The notes beneath the pieces were generated by a model. That model did not search any database and was not told the DNA's origin. It saw only the letters and a program-made list of their open reading frames with translations. The translations under genes were made by a program, and so were the position numbers. A stretch of DNA of 64,000 bases, taken from NCBI GenBank assembly GCA_963727845.1, contig CAVSHI010000006.1:3935-67934 (forward strand), in the 5' to 3' direction. The stretch's first letter is position 1; each line of letters starts with the position of its first letter. Below are positions 49,289 to 58,676 of this stretch, in pieces. The DNA comes from Ignavibacteriota bacterium. GTDB taxonomy: Bacteria; Bacteroidota; Ignavibacteria; UBA10030; SZUA-254.

Positions 49289-50302
49289 ATGAAAATGAGG
49301 TTTCTCGGCAAAACGGGAATAAAGGTCTCGGAGTTGTGCTTCGGCACGATGACCTTCGGCGGCAGCGGCTACTGGAAGGTGATAGGGGAGCTCGGGCAAA
49401 AAGAAGCAGACAAACTTGTCGGAATGGCGCTGGATGGAGGAATAAACTTCTTTGACACGGCCGATGTTTACTCGGACGGAGTCTCCGAAGAATTGCTTGG
49501 CAAAGCCCTGGGGGTGAGGCGCAAAGATATCGTTCTGGCAACGAAGGTCCGGGGACGAACCGGTCCCGGTCCGAACGACATAGGCCTTTCCCGCCATCAT
49601 ATCATTGAGGGATGCCATGCCAGTCTGAAAAGACTCGGAACAGACCACATCGACCTTTATCAGGTGCACAGCTTCGACCCGTCCACTCCACTGGAAGAGA
49701 CGCTTGGAGCGCTGGATGACCTGGTGCGACAGGGAAAAGTACGCTACATTGGCTGCTCGAATTACAGCGGCTGGCAGTTGATGAAAGCTCTCGCACTGTC
49801 CGAGAAGCGCAACCTCGAGCGCTTTGTTACTCTTCAGGCTTACTATTCACTCATTGCACGCGAGCTGGAGCATGAGCTGGTTCCCCTTTGCCTCGATCAG
49901 GGACTGGGGATCCTGCCGTGGAGTCCGCTGGGGGGTGGTTTTCTCACCGGCAAGTACCGCCGCGGACAGCCGAGGCCCCAGGGTTCCCGCCGGAGCGACC
50001 CCGAACATCAGTTTCTCAGGTTCGATGAAGAAAAAGGATTTGATATCGTCGATGAACTCGACAGAATATCAAAAGCGCACGGCGCCACGGTGACGCAGGC
50101 AGCTCTCAACTATCTCCTTCGGAAGCCCGCAGTTACCTCGATCGTTATCGGCGCACGCACGCCGGAGCAGCTCGCCGATGAGCTCAAAACTTCCGATTGG
50201 GACATGACGGCGGAGGAAGTTGCCCGGCTCGACGAGATGAGCAAGCCGCCCCGGGTCTATCCGTACTGGATGCTGGAATTTGGCCGCCAGGAGCGCATGT
50301 GA
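49289..50302 (+). CDS. aldo/keto reductase
   Basis: AKR signatures span the protein (MKMRFLGKTGIKVSELCFGTMTFGG ... IDLYQVHSFDPSTPLEETL ... IGCSNYSGWQ). Confidence 0.85.
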   Translation: MKMRFLGKTGIKVSELCFGTMTFGGSGYWKVIGELGQKEADKLVGMALDGGINFFDTADVYSDGVSEELLGKALGVRRKDIVLATKVRGRTGPGPNDIGLSRHHIIEGCHASLKRLGTDHIDLYQVHSFDPSTPLEETLGALDDLVRQGKVRYIGCSNYSGWQLMKALALSEKRNLERFVTLQAYYSLIARELEHELVPLCLDQGLGILPWSPLGGGFLTGKYRRGQPRPQGSRRSDPEHQFLRFDEEKGFDIVDELDRISKAHGATVTQAALNYLLRKPAVTSIVIGARTPEQLADELKTSDWDMTAEEVARLDEMSKPPRVYPYWMLEFGRQERM

Positions 50303-51240
50303 AACAGTACGATCTGGCAATCGCATGGAACTGGGAGTACGATGAAGACTACATCGGCGGCATTCAGCGGGAATGCGAACAACGGAGAGTATCAGTGTTG
50401 CAAATCAAGCCCGGGAACCTCAACGAAATATTGGAGAATCTTCGGAACGGAACCGTGGGCTTCCGCGCGCTTTATGACCGCGCCTCGGATGCCGACGAGG
50501 CATTCGTACCCCTTGTAACATTGCTTGGGCAGGATTCCGTTCGCGTTATTAACCCGCACGAACGGGTGCGGCCCGCGATCGATAAGGCAACGATGCACCT
50601 GGAATTCTTCGCCCACGGCCTTCATGTTCCCCAAACGATCATCCTCCCGCCGTACAACAAGAAAATGCAGATTGAGATTGTGTTGTCGGAATTGGATGGT
50701 CTCGGAAAGCCATTCGTCATCAAGCCGGCCAATACAACCGGCGGAGGGACGGGCGTTGTGCTCAACGCCCGGACAGTTCAGGATATTGTCGACGCTCGCC
50801 AGCATCACAAAGACGACAAGTACCTGCTCCAGAAAAAGATCGAGCCGGCAAACCTCGATGGGAAACGAGCTTGGTTCCGCGTTTACTATGCCTTCGGAGA
50901 GATCATCCCATGCTGGTGGGACGATATCACGCACATGTACAGCCAGCTCGTTCAGACCGACGAGGAACGATTCGGCCTCGGCCCTCTGCGCGATAGCATG
51001 CGGACCATCGAACAAATTTGTAAGCTCGATTTCTTTTCATCTGAAATCGCGATGACGACAGACAGGACGTTCATCGTGGTCGATTACGTCAACGAGATTT
51101 GCGACATGCGCCTGCAATCGAAATTTCATAATGGCGCCCCCGATGCCGTGGTGAATCGCATCCAGATGCTTCTCGCACTCGCGGTAGAACGACATGTACA
51201 TAGTGAAACGCATCAGGAATTCATCGGACACAGCGGGTAG
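50299..51240 (+). CDS. ATP-grasp-fold protein (RimK/glutathione-synthetase-like) of unknown substrate
   Basis: GTG 50299 overlaps the AKR stop (GTGA). The ATP-grasp core is [20 protein letters not shown] ... [10 protein letters not shown] ... [12 protein letters not shown]. Confidence 0.55.
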   Translation: MKQYDLAIAWNWEYDEDYIGGIQRECEQRRVSVLQIKPGNLNEILENLRNGTVGFRALYDRASDADEAFVPLVTLLGQDSVRVINPHERVRPAIDKATMHLEFFAHGLHVPQTIILPPYNKKMQIEIVLSELDGLGKPFVIKPANTTGGGTGVVLNARTVQDIVDARQHHKDDKYLLQKKIEPANLDGKRAWFRVYYAFGEIIPCWWDDITHMYSQLVQTDEERFGLGPLRDSMRTIEQICKLDFFSSEIAMTTDRTFIVVDYVNEICDMRLQSKFHNGAPDAVVNRIQMLLALAVERHVHSETHQEFIGHSG

Positions 51241-51245
51241 CCGTC

Positions 51246-52535
51246 ATGGATAACGTGCTTTCCATCATCCTTGGAGGAGGGCGCGGAGCGCGGCTGTACC
51301 CGCTCACGAAGTACCGCGCAAAGCCGGCGCTGCCCCTGGCCGGAAAGTACCGCCTTATCGACATTCCCGTCAGCAATTGCATCAACTCGGGCATCGAAAA
51401 GATGTTCGTTCTTACGCAGTTCAATTCCGCCTCGCTGAATCAACACGTCTCCAATACCTATCGCTTTTCTCAGTTTTCCAGAGGGTTCGTCGAGGTCCTT
51501 GCAGCCCAGCAAACCGAGATCAGTCCGGACTGGTTCCAGGGCACCGCCGATGCTGTCCGGAAGGCTCTGTGGGTCATCGAGCCGTGGAAGGTATCGGAGT
51601 ATCTGATCCTGTCCGGAGATCACCTGTACCGGATGGATTATCGGTCGTTCATCGAGAACCATCGCGCTACCAAAGCGGATATTTCCGTTTCCGTGATTCC
51701 GATGGATGAGGAGACAGCGTCCAGCTTCGGGTTGGTAAAGACCGACAGCTCGGGCCGGATCGTTGATTTCAGGGAAAAGCCGACGGGCGAGGCGCTCAAT
51801 GCCATGCGCGTTAACCCCAGGGAATTAAGTCCCAAGGCTCCGCCGCCGACGGAGGCGCCGTTCATTGCCTCCATGGGCATCTATGTCTTTTCGAGGGAAG
51901 TGCTCGTCGAGCTGCTCAAGCGCTGTCCCGAACATACCGACTTTGGCAAGGATGTGATTCCGTTTGCCATCAAGGATTACCGAGTGCAGGCATACCTGTT
52001 CCAGGGTTACTGGGAAGATGTCGGTACCGTCGAGTCATTTTATAACGCAAACTTGCGGCTGGTCGAGCAACCCAACCCTCCGTTCAGTTTTTTTGACGCC
52101 CGTTTTCCCATCTATACGCGCCCCCGCTCATTGCCTCCGACGAAAGTCCTCCGCAGCTCGGTGAGAGAGTCCATGATCAGTGACGGGTGCATCATCAAGG
52201 CGTCGAGGATTCGGAATTCGATCGTCGGAGTGCGCTCACGTATTGAAGAAGGATCGGTGATCGAGAACTCTTTGCTCATGGGGGCGGATTATTACCAATC
52301 GATGGAACAGCATGATGCCGATATCTCTTCGGGGATCCCGCCTGTCGGTATCGGGACGAATAGTACGATACGAAACGCGATCATCGATAAGAATGCCCGT
52401 ATCGGGAACAATGTAAAAATTATCAATGCGGGCAAAGTGGAAAATGCCGAACGGGAGAAGGATGGATACTGGATATGCAACGGGATTGTTGTCATCATCA
52501 AAGGAGCGATAATTCCGGATAACACGGTAATCTGA
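51246..52535 (+). CDS. glgC: glucose-1-phosphate adenylyltransferase
   Basis: The N-terminal motif [42 protein letters not shown] is present. Confidence 0.9.
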   Translation: MDNVLSIILGGGRGARLYPLTKYRAKPALPLAGKYRLIDIPVSNCINSGIEKMFVLTQFNSASLNQHVSNTYRFSQFSRGFVEVLAAQQTEISPDWFQGTADAVRKALWVIEPWKVSEYLILSGDHLYRMDYRSFIENHRATKADISVSVIPMDEETASSFGLVKTDSSGRIVDFREKPTGEALNAMRVNPRELSPKAPPPTEAPFIASMGIYVFSREVLVELLKRCPEHTDFGKDVIPFAIKDYRVQAYLFQGYWEDVGTVESFYNANLRLVEQPNPPFSFFDARFPIYTRPRSLPPTKVLRSSVRESMISDGCIIKASRIRNSIVGVRSRIEEGSVIENSLLMGADYYQSMEQHDADISSGIPPVGIGTNSTIRNAIIDKNARIGNNVKIINAGKVENAEREKDGYWICNGIVVIIKGAIIPDNTVI

Positions 52536-52559
52536 CGAACAGACAGCGAGGAGTGAGCT

Positions 52560-54119
52560 ATGAACGACGAGCGACATCACGTTGTGATGGTGGCGTCGGA
52601 AAACGATGCCCTCATCGGAGGCAAGGCCGGCGGCGTTGGCGACGTCATCAAAGGTTTGCCGAATGCGCTGGCAGCGTTGGGCTGGCAGGTCACGGTCATT
52701 ACTCCTGCGTACGGTTTCCTTCATAAGAACAATCCATCGAAACTGCACTCGACCGTGCGTTTTCCGTTCTACGGCAGAACATATGAGGGTGAAATCTGGA
52801 GCGCCAGCGCCCAGCAGCCCGTCGACGGCGTCTCTCACCTCGTTTTCGAGCATGCCGACATCCGGGGAGAACCTATCTATGTGAACGATCCACCCGAGAC
52901 CCCCTTCCGGCGGGACGCGACGAAATACGCTCTCTTCTGTTCCGCCGTCGGTGTTTTCCTGAAGTCCATCAAGACTCCCTACATCCTTCATCTCCACGAT
53001 TGGCATGCCGCGACGCTGTTGTTACTCAGAGAACTCCATGAAGATTTCTATCACATGAGGGGCGTCAAGACCATTTTCACGATTCACAATCTTGCAATTC
53101 AAGGGACCAGGCCTATGCAGGGCGATGAGTCGTCCGTGGAGAGCTGGTTCCCCGAATTGTTCAGGAATCAATCATGGATGGCAACCTGGAAGGACCACCG
53201 GTACGAGGTGCCATGTTACACGCCAATGGCGGTCGGCATCCTCCACTCCGACGCGATTAACACGGTCTCGCCGAATTACGCAGAAGAAATTCTGAGGCCG
53301 GGCGATCCCGCCATCGGCTTTCACGGAGGCGATGGTCTTGAAGAACTGCTACAGGGTGTCAACAACCGGCAACGCCTGTTCGGGATCCTGAATGGATGCG
53401 ATTATGAAAATTCCGATCCGCCCAAGAAATCATTCGGTGAGTTATGCGACCTCATCAAGCGTGAATTCACAGAGCAGAACGAAAAAGTACCAAACCCATC
53501 GTTGGCCGAAGTACTGCGCCGGATCGACCGCTTCGAGGCCGATGTGCCAAAGATCGTCCTGACCAGCGTCACGCGCATTGTGGAACAAAAGGTGCGCTTG
53601 ATGCTGGCAAAGGCCGGAAGGTCCGGGACGGCGCTGGACAGAATTCTCGACAAGCTTGAGGAATACGGCGGGGTCTATATCGTTCTGGGGACGGGAACTC
53701 CGGATTTTGGACATAAGCTCTCCGAGGTATTCAAACGCCATGAGCGATTCATTTTCATCAACGGCTATTCCAGCTCGGTTGCTGAGGCGCTGTATGCAAA
53801 CGGAACACTCTTCCTCATGCCAAGCATCTTTGAACCCTGTGGAATCAGTCAGATGCTGGCAATGCGCGAGGGGCAGCCCTGCGTTGTCCACCGTGTCGGA
53901 GGTTTGCGCGATACCGTCATTGACAACATGAACGGTTTCAGTTTTTCCGGGAGAACAGTGAAGGAGAAAGCCGAAAATTTCGTTCAGACGGTTGAACGCG
54001 CAATCAAAATATGCGTCGGTGACCCGCAACTATGGAAAAGCTTTCAGGAGGAAGCCGCGCGCGCGCGATTTACATGGAAGGCTAGCGCCAAGAAGTACGT
54101 TGGATTGATGTACTGCTGA
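52560..54119 (+). CDS. glgA: glycogen (starch) synthase, GT5
   Basis: An AGGAG sequence lies 8 nt upstream. The N-terminal motif SENDALIGGKAGGVGDV is present, with a GT-B fold and a C-terminal GT1-like domain. Confidence 0.8.
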   Translation: MNDERHHVVMVASENDALIGGKAGGVGDVIKGLPNALAALGWQVTVITPAYGFLHKNNPSKLHSTVRFPFYGRTYEGEIWSASAQQPVDGVSHLVFEHADIRGEPIYVNDPPETPFRRDATKYALFCSAVGVFLKSIKTPYILHLHDWHAATLLLLRELHEDFYHMRGVKTIFTIHNLAIQGTRPMQGDESSVESWFPELFRNQSWMATWKDHRYEVPCYTPMAVGILHSDAINTVSPNYAEEILRPGDPAIGFHGGDGLEELLQGVNNRQRLFGILNGCDYENSDPPKKSFGELCDLIKREFTEQNEKVPNPSLAEVLRRIDRFEADVPKIVLTSVTRIVEQKVRLMLAKAGRSGTALDRILDKLEEYGGVYIVLGTGTPDFGHKLSEVFKRHERFIFINGYSSSVAEALYANGTLFLMPSIFEPCGISQMLAMREGQPCVVHRVGGLRDTVIDNMNGFSFSGRTVKEKAENFVQTVERAIKICVGDPQLWKSFQEEAARARFTWKASAKKYVGLMYC

Positions 54120-54124
54120 AGCTC

Positions 54125-56191
54125 CTACTCTTCCATCAGAATCGCACCCGACGTCGCAGGGATGACAGTTTTTCCGGAGGCGGTTCCAAGCCTGCCGTCC
54201 AACGCGACACCCTTCGCGTTCGCTACAATGGTCCACCGTCCGTCGGGGAGGGCGAAATCAAAAGGTTGCTTCGGGTTGCCGTTAAGAATCACAATAAAAC
54301 TCTTCTGTTCCTTCAATGATTTGTCCGGGCCCAATCTGAAGGCGATAAGAAATTCGTCTTTCGTTTCCAGGAACTTCAGAGTCCTCTTTGGCGCACTCCC
54401 GAAAACGGAGTGGTGCCGCCTCAGTTCGATTAATCCTTTGTAATAGTCGTATAACTCCCGGTTGATTCCCCGGTGCGCGTAGTTCAAATAATTCGTTGCG
54501 TTGTCTTTTTCATAACTATTGTGATCCAGCATTCCTACCTTCGGATCCGGCGACGGTGTGGGGGAGATGACTTTGCTGCGCGCGAATTCCTGCCCCTCGT
54601 GTATCATGACGGGTCCCTGGGATGCGAGGAGAAAAAGCGCGGCGAGCTTGTGGAGAGCAAGTTGTTGTGGCGTCAGGCGCACGAAGGAATCGACATCGGT
54701 TATGACCTGATTTTCACGCGCGTCGCCGAGTCCTATCCGGACAAAATCGCCTAACGTGTAGTTGTCATGCGATTCAAGGTAGTTGATGGAGTGCTCTTTT
54801 TTCAGAAACATCCCGCCATCCTCCCGCAGGGTTCCGGTCAAAGCGCTCATGAGGGATTTTCTTGTGTTTTTCCCCTGGAATTTTCCGAAAATAAAACCGA
54901 GGTCCGTCCTGGGGTTTTGTCCTTTCACGCCGTTGCGGAACCAGTCGTTCCACGCCGCCCAACCGATGTCGCTGAACCCCGGCGGGTCCCATTTCCCCCC
55001 TCCCCACGGCTCGGCTATGAGCGCGACGGCGGGATTGATTATTCTTGCTTCGGCCGCGATCTCCTTGCACGTTTCACGGTCGATCATCGTTGCAATATCG
55101 AACCTGAATCCGTCAATATGATACTCCGTCATCCAGTATTTGATGCAATCGACGATCATCCGTCGTGACATCGGCCTGTCGGTCCGGAAATCATTTCCGC
55201 ACCCCGAGGTCTTTATGAACCTACCCGAAGAATCAATATGGAAATAGTAGAATTTGTCGATGTACTTGAACGGATTGTAGTCGTACTGGGAGGCGTGATT
55301 GAACACAACATCCAGTATCACCGCGATACCCTCGCGGTGAAATGCCTTCACCATATCTTTGAATTCTCTGACGGCCCGGCCGTCGCCGCCGTTATACTTG
55401 TCCGGTTCCATCGTCCCGCCGGTGGCGTAATAGGTTTCGGGAGCGAAATAGTAACTCGTCATATATCCCCAGTGGTTCCGGCCGTACGGATTCCACGTAT
55501 TGTATTCACCCTCTTCGGTGCGGGTGGCGCTGTCGGCGAAGGGAATCTCGATGTTGCCGAATTTCTGCATCGGCAGGAGCTCGATCGCGTTAATGCCGAG
55601 GTCCTTCAGATACGACATGCCGCCGGTCTGGCCCTGCTTCGTCAGCCCGAGATACGTCCCCCGTGCGGAAATTCCCGACGAAGGGTGGGCGGTCAAATCG
55701 CGCACATGGGCTTCGTAGATAATGAGCTTGTTATGGTCGGGTGGAATAACGTACGTATCGCCCTCCCAGTCGTACGAGGTATCAAGGATGAGCGTTTTCG
55801 CAGGATGGTGGTAGTTGTTTTTGGTGACAACAGCTTTCGAGTACGGGTCGCCGATAACAACGCGGTTGTCGAACATTTCTCCTTTGCCCGCGGGACCGCT
55901 GACGCGGTAACCGTAGAACCTGCCCGTAAGGTTTTTTGGAATAACGTGGCTCCAAACCCCGTTTCGGTCACGCTTCATGGTGAATTCCTCACCCTTCTCC
56001 TGATCGTATTTCTGAAATAAGACCAGTTGAACTCCCGTGGCCCTGGGAGCGAAAACGTGGAATGTCGTTCGTCTCTTTTCGACAATGCAGCCGAGCTTTT
56101 TGCTCGAAGCAAGGGAATCAAAAACTCTGGAGTGGGAGCTTTCGTGCGAAGTTGGCTGCGAAGATGCTGATTCGGTGACGATGGTACTCAT
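54125..56191 (-). CDS. cytoplasmic pullulanase-type debranching enzyme (GH13 with a CBM48-like N-terminus)
   Basis: There is no signal peptide. CBM48-like and GH13 motifs are present: NPYGRNHWGYMTSYYFAPE ... region I LDVVFNHAS ... GFRFDIA ... EPWGGG. Confidence 0.75.
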   Translation of the reverse strand: MSTIVTESASSQPTSHESSHSRVFDSLASSKKLGCIVEKRRTTFHVFAPRATGVQLVLFQKYDQEKGEEFTMKRDRNGVWSHVIPKNLTGRFYGYRVSGPAGKGEMFDNRVVIGDPYSKAVVTKNNYHHPAKTLILDTSYDWEGDTYVIPPDHNKLIIYEAHVRDLTAHPSSGISARGTYLGLTKQGQTGGMSYLKDLGINAIELLPMQKFGNIEIPFADSATRTEEGEYNTWNPYGRNHWGYMTSYYFAPETYYATGGTMEPDKYNGGDGRAVREFKDMVKAFHREGIAVILDVVFNHASQYDYNPFKYIDKFYYFHIDSSGRFIKTSGCGNDFRTDRPMSRRMIVDCIKYWMTEYHIDGFRFDIATMIDRETCKEIAAEARIINPAVALIAEPWGGGKWDPPGFSDIGWAAWNDWFRNGVKGQNPRTDLGFIFGKFQGKNTRKSLMSALTGTLREDGGMFLKKEHSINYLESHDNYTLGDFVRIGLGDARENQVITDVDSFVRLTPQQLALHKLAALFLLASQGPVMIHEGQEFARSKVISPTPSPDPKVGMLDHNSYEKDNATNYLNYAHRGINRELYDYYKGLIELRRHHSVFGSAPKRTLKFLETKDEFLIAFRLGPDKSLKEQKSFIVILNGNPKQPFDFALPDGRWTIVANAKGVALDGRLGTASGKTVIPATSGAILMEE

Positions 56192-56230
56192 TGCCGGAGC
56201 GGTTGTGATGAGCGGAATGCCGGATTCGAT

Positions 56231-57760
56231 TCAAATTGAGATTTCCGGTGCCTGGGGCTTTGGGGGCCGGTCATACAACTCTGCCAGACTCCTCAGCTCA
56301 CCCGCGAGCGATTTGGAGGTTTGATCCCATGTGAATCGCCAGGTCCAATTGCCGCCGAGCTTCCCGGGGAAATTCATCCGCGCCTCCGTACCGAGATTCA
56401 AGACATCCTGCATCGGAATGATTACGGTATTCGCTACTGAAGCGTAGGCGGCCCGGATGAGCGCCATGCGTATGTCATCCCCCGCGTAGTTCAAATATCG
56501 TTGGGTTGATGCAAGAATATCGTTGTTGTCGTGCTTCGCCTTGTCAAAATACCCCCGCGTGGTGTCGTTATCGTGCGAACCGGTATACACCACGCAGTTT
56601 GCCTCAAGATTATGCGGCAGGAACCTTCGTTCCATGTTTTTCCCGAAAGCAAACTGGAGAATCTTCATCCCGGGGAAATCAAATTCATCTCTCAACGCCC
56701 TGACGGATTTCGTAATGAGTCCCAGATCTTCCGCGATGATCGGCAATTCACCCAGGTGTTTCTTGACTGTCGAAAAGAATTTCTTGCCGGGGGTTTTGAC
56801 CCACCGGCCTTTTTCGGCCGTCGGGGCGTCGCCGGGAATCTCCCAGTAGGCATCAAAACCACGAAAATGATCGATGCGAATAATATCCACGAGTTCAAGG
56901 AGTTTGGAAATTCTGCTTCGCCACCAGGGGAAATCTCCCTTTGACATCGCATCCCAACGATAGAGCGGATTGCCCCATAGCTGGCCCGTCGGACTGAAAT
57001 AGTCCGGCGGCACGCCAGCCTTTGTCAGGAGGATGCCGTTCTTGTCGATGTCGAAGAGTTCCTTGTTCGCCCAGACGTCGGCGCTGTCGTAGGCTACGAA
57101 AATCGGCAAATCGCCGACGATCTTGATGCCCTTGCCATTCGCGTACGTCTTCAGCTCATTCCATTGCTTGAAAAAGATGAACTGGACGAATTTGTAGAAC
57201 ATGATGTTATCTGAGAGTTTGCGTACAGCGTCGTGAAGGGCTGCTTCTCTCCGCGCAACGAGGGCCGGTTCCCACTGTGCCCAGTGACCTCCGCCATGCT
57301 GGTCCTTGAGTGCCATGAACGTAGAATAATCCTCAAGCCAGTCTTCATTAACCGCACAAAAGTTCTTGAAAGCGACAGTTCGTTCGCGAACAGTTCTTGT
57401 GCTGAAGTTCCGGGATGCCTTGTTCAGCAATCCCATTTTGTATCCGATAACCTTCCCGAAATCCACGCATTTTGGGTCGGAGTCCGGCACCTTTTCGCAG
57501 TCCTCATGGTCGAGAAGGCCGTCCCCCATCAATTTTTCAGGGCTTACGAGGAGTGGATTCCCGGCGAAGGCGGAGAACGTTTGATAGGGTGAATCGCCAA
57601 AACCCGTGGGGCCGAGGGGAAGAACCTGCCAGAGGTTCTGTCCCGCCGCTTCCAGGAAGTCGACAAATCTGAATGCGTCGCTCCCCAGGTCGCCGATCCC
57701 GAACTTTCCGGGAAGTGATGTGGGATGGAGGAGAATTCCGGCTGAGCGTTCAAATTTCAT
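56231..57760 (-). CDS. malQ: 4-alpha-glucanotransferase (amylomaltase, GH77)
   Basis: The N-terminal motif SAGILLHPTSLPGKFGIGDLG is present. The GH77 motif IVGDLPIFV is present. Confidence 0.9.
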   Translation of the reverse strand: MKFERSAGILLHPTSLPGKFGIGDLGSDAFRFVDFLEAAGQNLWQVLPLGPTGFGDSPYQTFSAFAGNPLLVSPEKLMGDGLLDHEDCEKVPDSDPKCVDFGKVIGYKMGLLNKASRNFSTRTVRERTVAFKNFCAVNEDWLEDYSTFMALKDQHGGGHWAQWEPALVARREAALHDAVRKLSDNIMFYKFVQFIFFKQWNELKTYANGKGIKIVGDLPIFVAYDSADVWANKELFDIDKNGILLTKAGVPPDYFSPTGQLWGNPLYRWDAMSKGDFPWWRSRISKLLELVDIIRIDHFRGFDAYWEIPGDAPTAEKGRWVKTPGKKFFSTVKKHLGELPIIAEDLGLITKSVRALRDEFDFPGMKILQFAFGKNMERRFLPHNLEANCVVYTGSHDNDTTRGYFDKAKHDNNDILASTQRYLNYAGDDIRMALIRAAYASVANTVIIPMQDVLNLGTEARMNFPGKLGGNWTWRFTWDQTSKSLAGELRSLAELYDRPPKPQAPEISI

Positions 57761-57817
57761 GGCAGATTGAATATAGGGAATTGCGTGGAGTTGAACAAGA
57801 AAAAACCTGGATGAGAC

Positions 57818-58675
57818 TTACGCTCGCGGACTGACGATAGGGTCGTCCGCATGTCGCGCTGCTATTCTCTCGAGGAATGTCTCAACCTGATACTTGCTTT
57901 GTTCAGCGTTTTCAAGGATTGAATTGAAGGATTCGAATTGAACTCCCGTTTTTTCCCTCGCATCCGTTATTGATAGATCGTTGGATTCAAAGGTCTGGAT
58001 GGCGGACACGATAAAAATCCAGCCAAGGATCTCCTCGAAACGTTCTTTGTTGAACCAGAGCACATTGTCCCACCGGTTTACCATGAGGAATTCTCTGACG
58101 TGCGGGTCGACCATCGCGAACGCTACCATTGAAACCAGCTCAGCACCATGAGGCTCATGGAATCTTTCCAGCGCCTTCAGAAGCCGAAATTCCCGATTGG
58201 CCTGGCCTTCGTCGATTCCGCTCCGGACGAATGAATAGATGAGCGGCTTTGCGAGCCTCCAGCGGTCGAAGAGGTCATCCTGCCAGTCGTTCTCTTCGAA
58301 TATCGACTCGCTCACATGACTCACAACTATCCAGGAGAGAATTGTTCGCCAGCCGTCCAGACGTTCCTCGTCGTGATTGGGGAACTTCTTTAGAATGAAT
58401 TCCTGCCAGATCTCCTTCTTCGAACCTTGTTCGGCGGACTGAATTAACTGCTGAAGTGAGATGAATTCCTTTCGAGCTTTCAGGGTCACATCAACGGATT
58501 TCAGCGGTTTGTGCTCAACTTCCGCGGTGGCTTGCGCGACCGAACGAATTGAATGGTCGAGTGAAGCAAGTACCCCGGAGGTGACGTGTCCGTCCTTCCA
58601 TCCCGACTTGAGAGATCGCAATCGTTCGGGCGACAGTGCTTCCCGGATAGCTGAGTGGAGTGGAGTCAACTGCAT
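57818..58675 (-). CDS. hypothetical protein (286 aa); possibly the displaced C-terminal region of the upstream 921-aa GH13 through a +1 frameshift
   Basis: ATG 58675 lies 2 nt after the GH13 stop. The same frame stays open and third-position GC is high for about 30 codons upstream (KSTKDAPYDVLATSLNGQGVPSVGEALLD). The last 25 codons in the GH13 frame are Arg-rich and low GC3, so they look out of frame. Confidence 0.45.
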   Translation of the reverse strand: MQLTPLHSAIREALSPERLRSLKSGWKDGHVTSGVLASLDHSIRSVAQATAEVEHKPLKSVDVTLKARKEFISLQQLIQSAEQGSKKEIWQEFILKKFPNHDEERLDGWRTILSWIVVSHVSESIFEENDWQDDLFDRWRLAKPLIYSFVRSGIDEGQANREFRLLKALERFHEPHGAELVSMVAFAMVDPHVREFLMVNRWDNVLWFNKERFEEILGWIFIVSAIQTFESNDLSITDAREKTGVQFESFNSILENAEQSKYQVETFLERIAARHADDPIVSPRA

Positions 58676-58676
58676 A

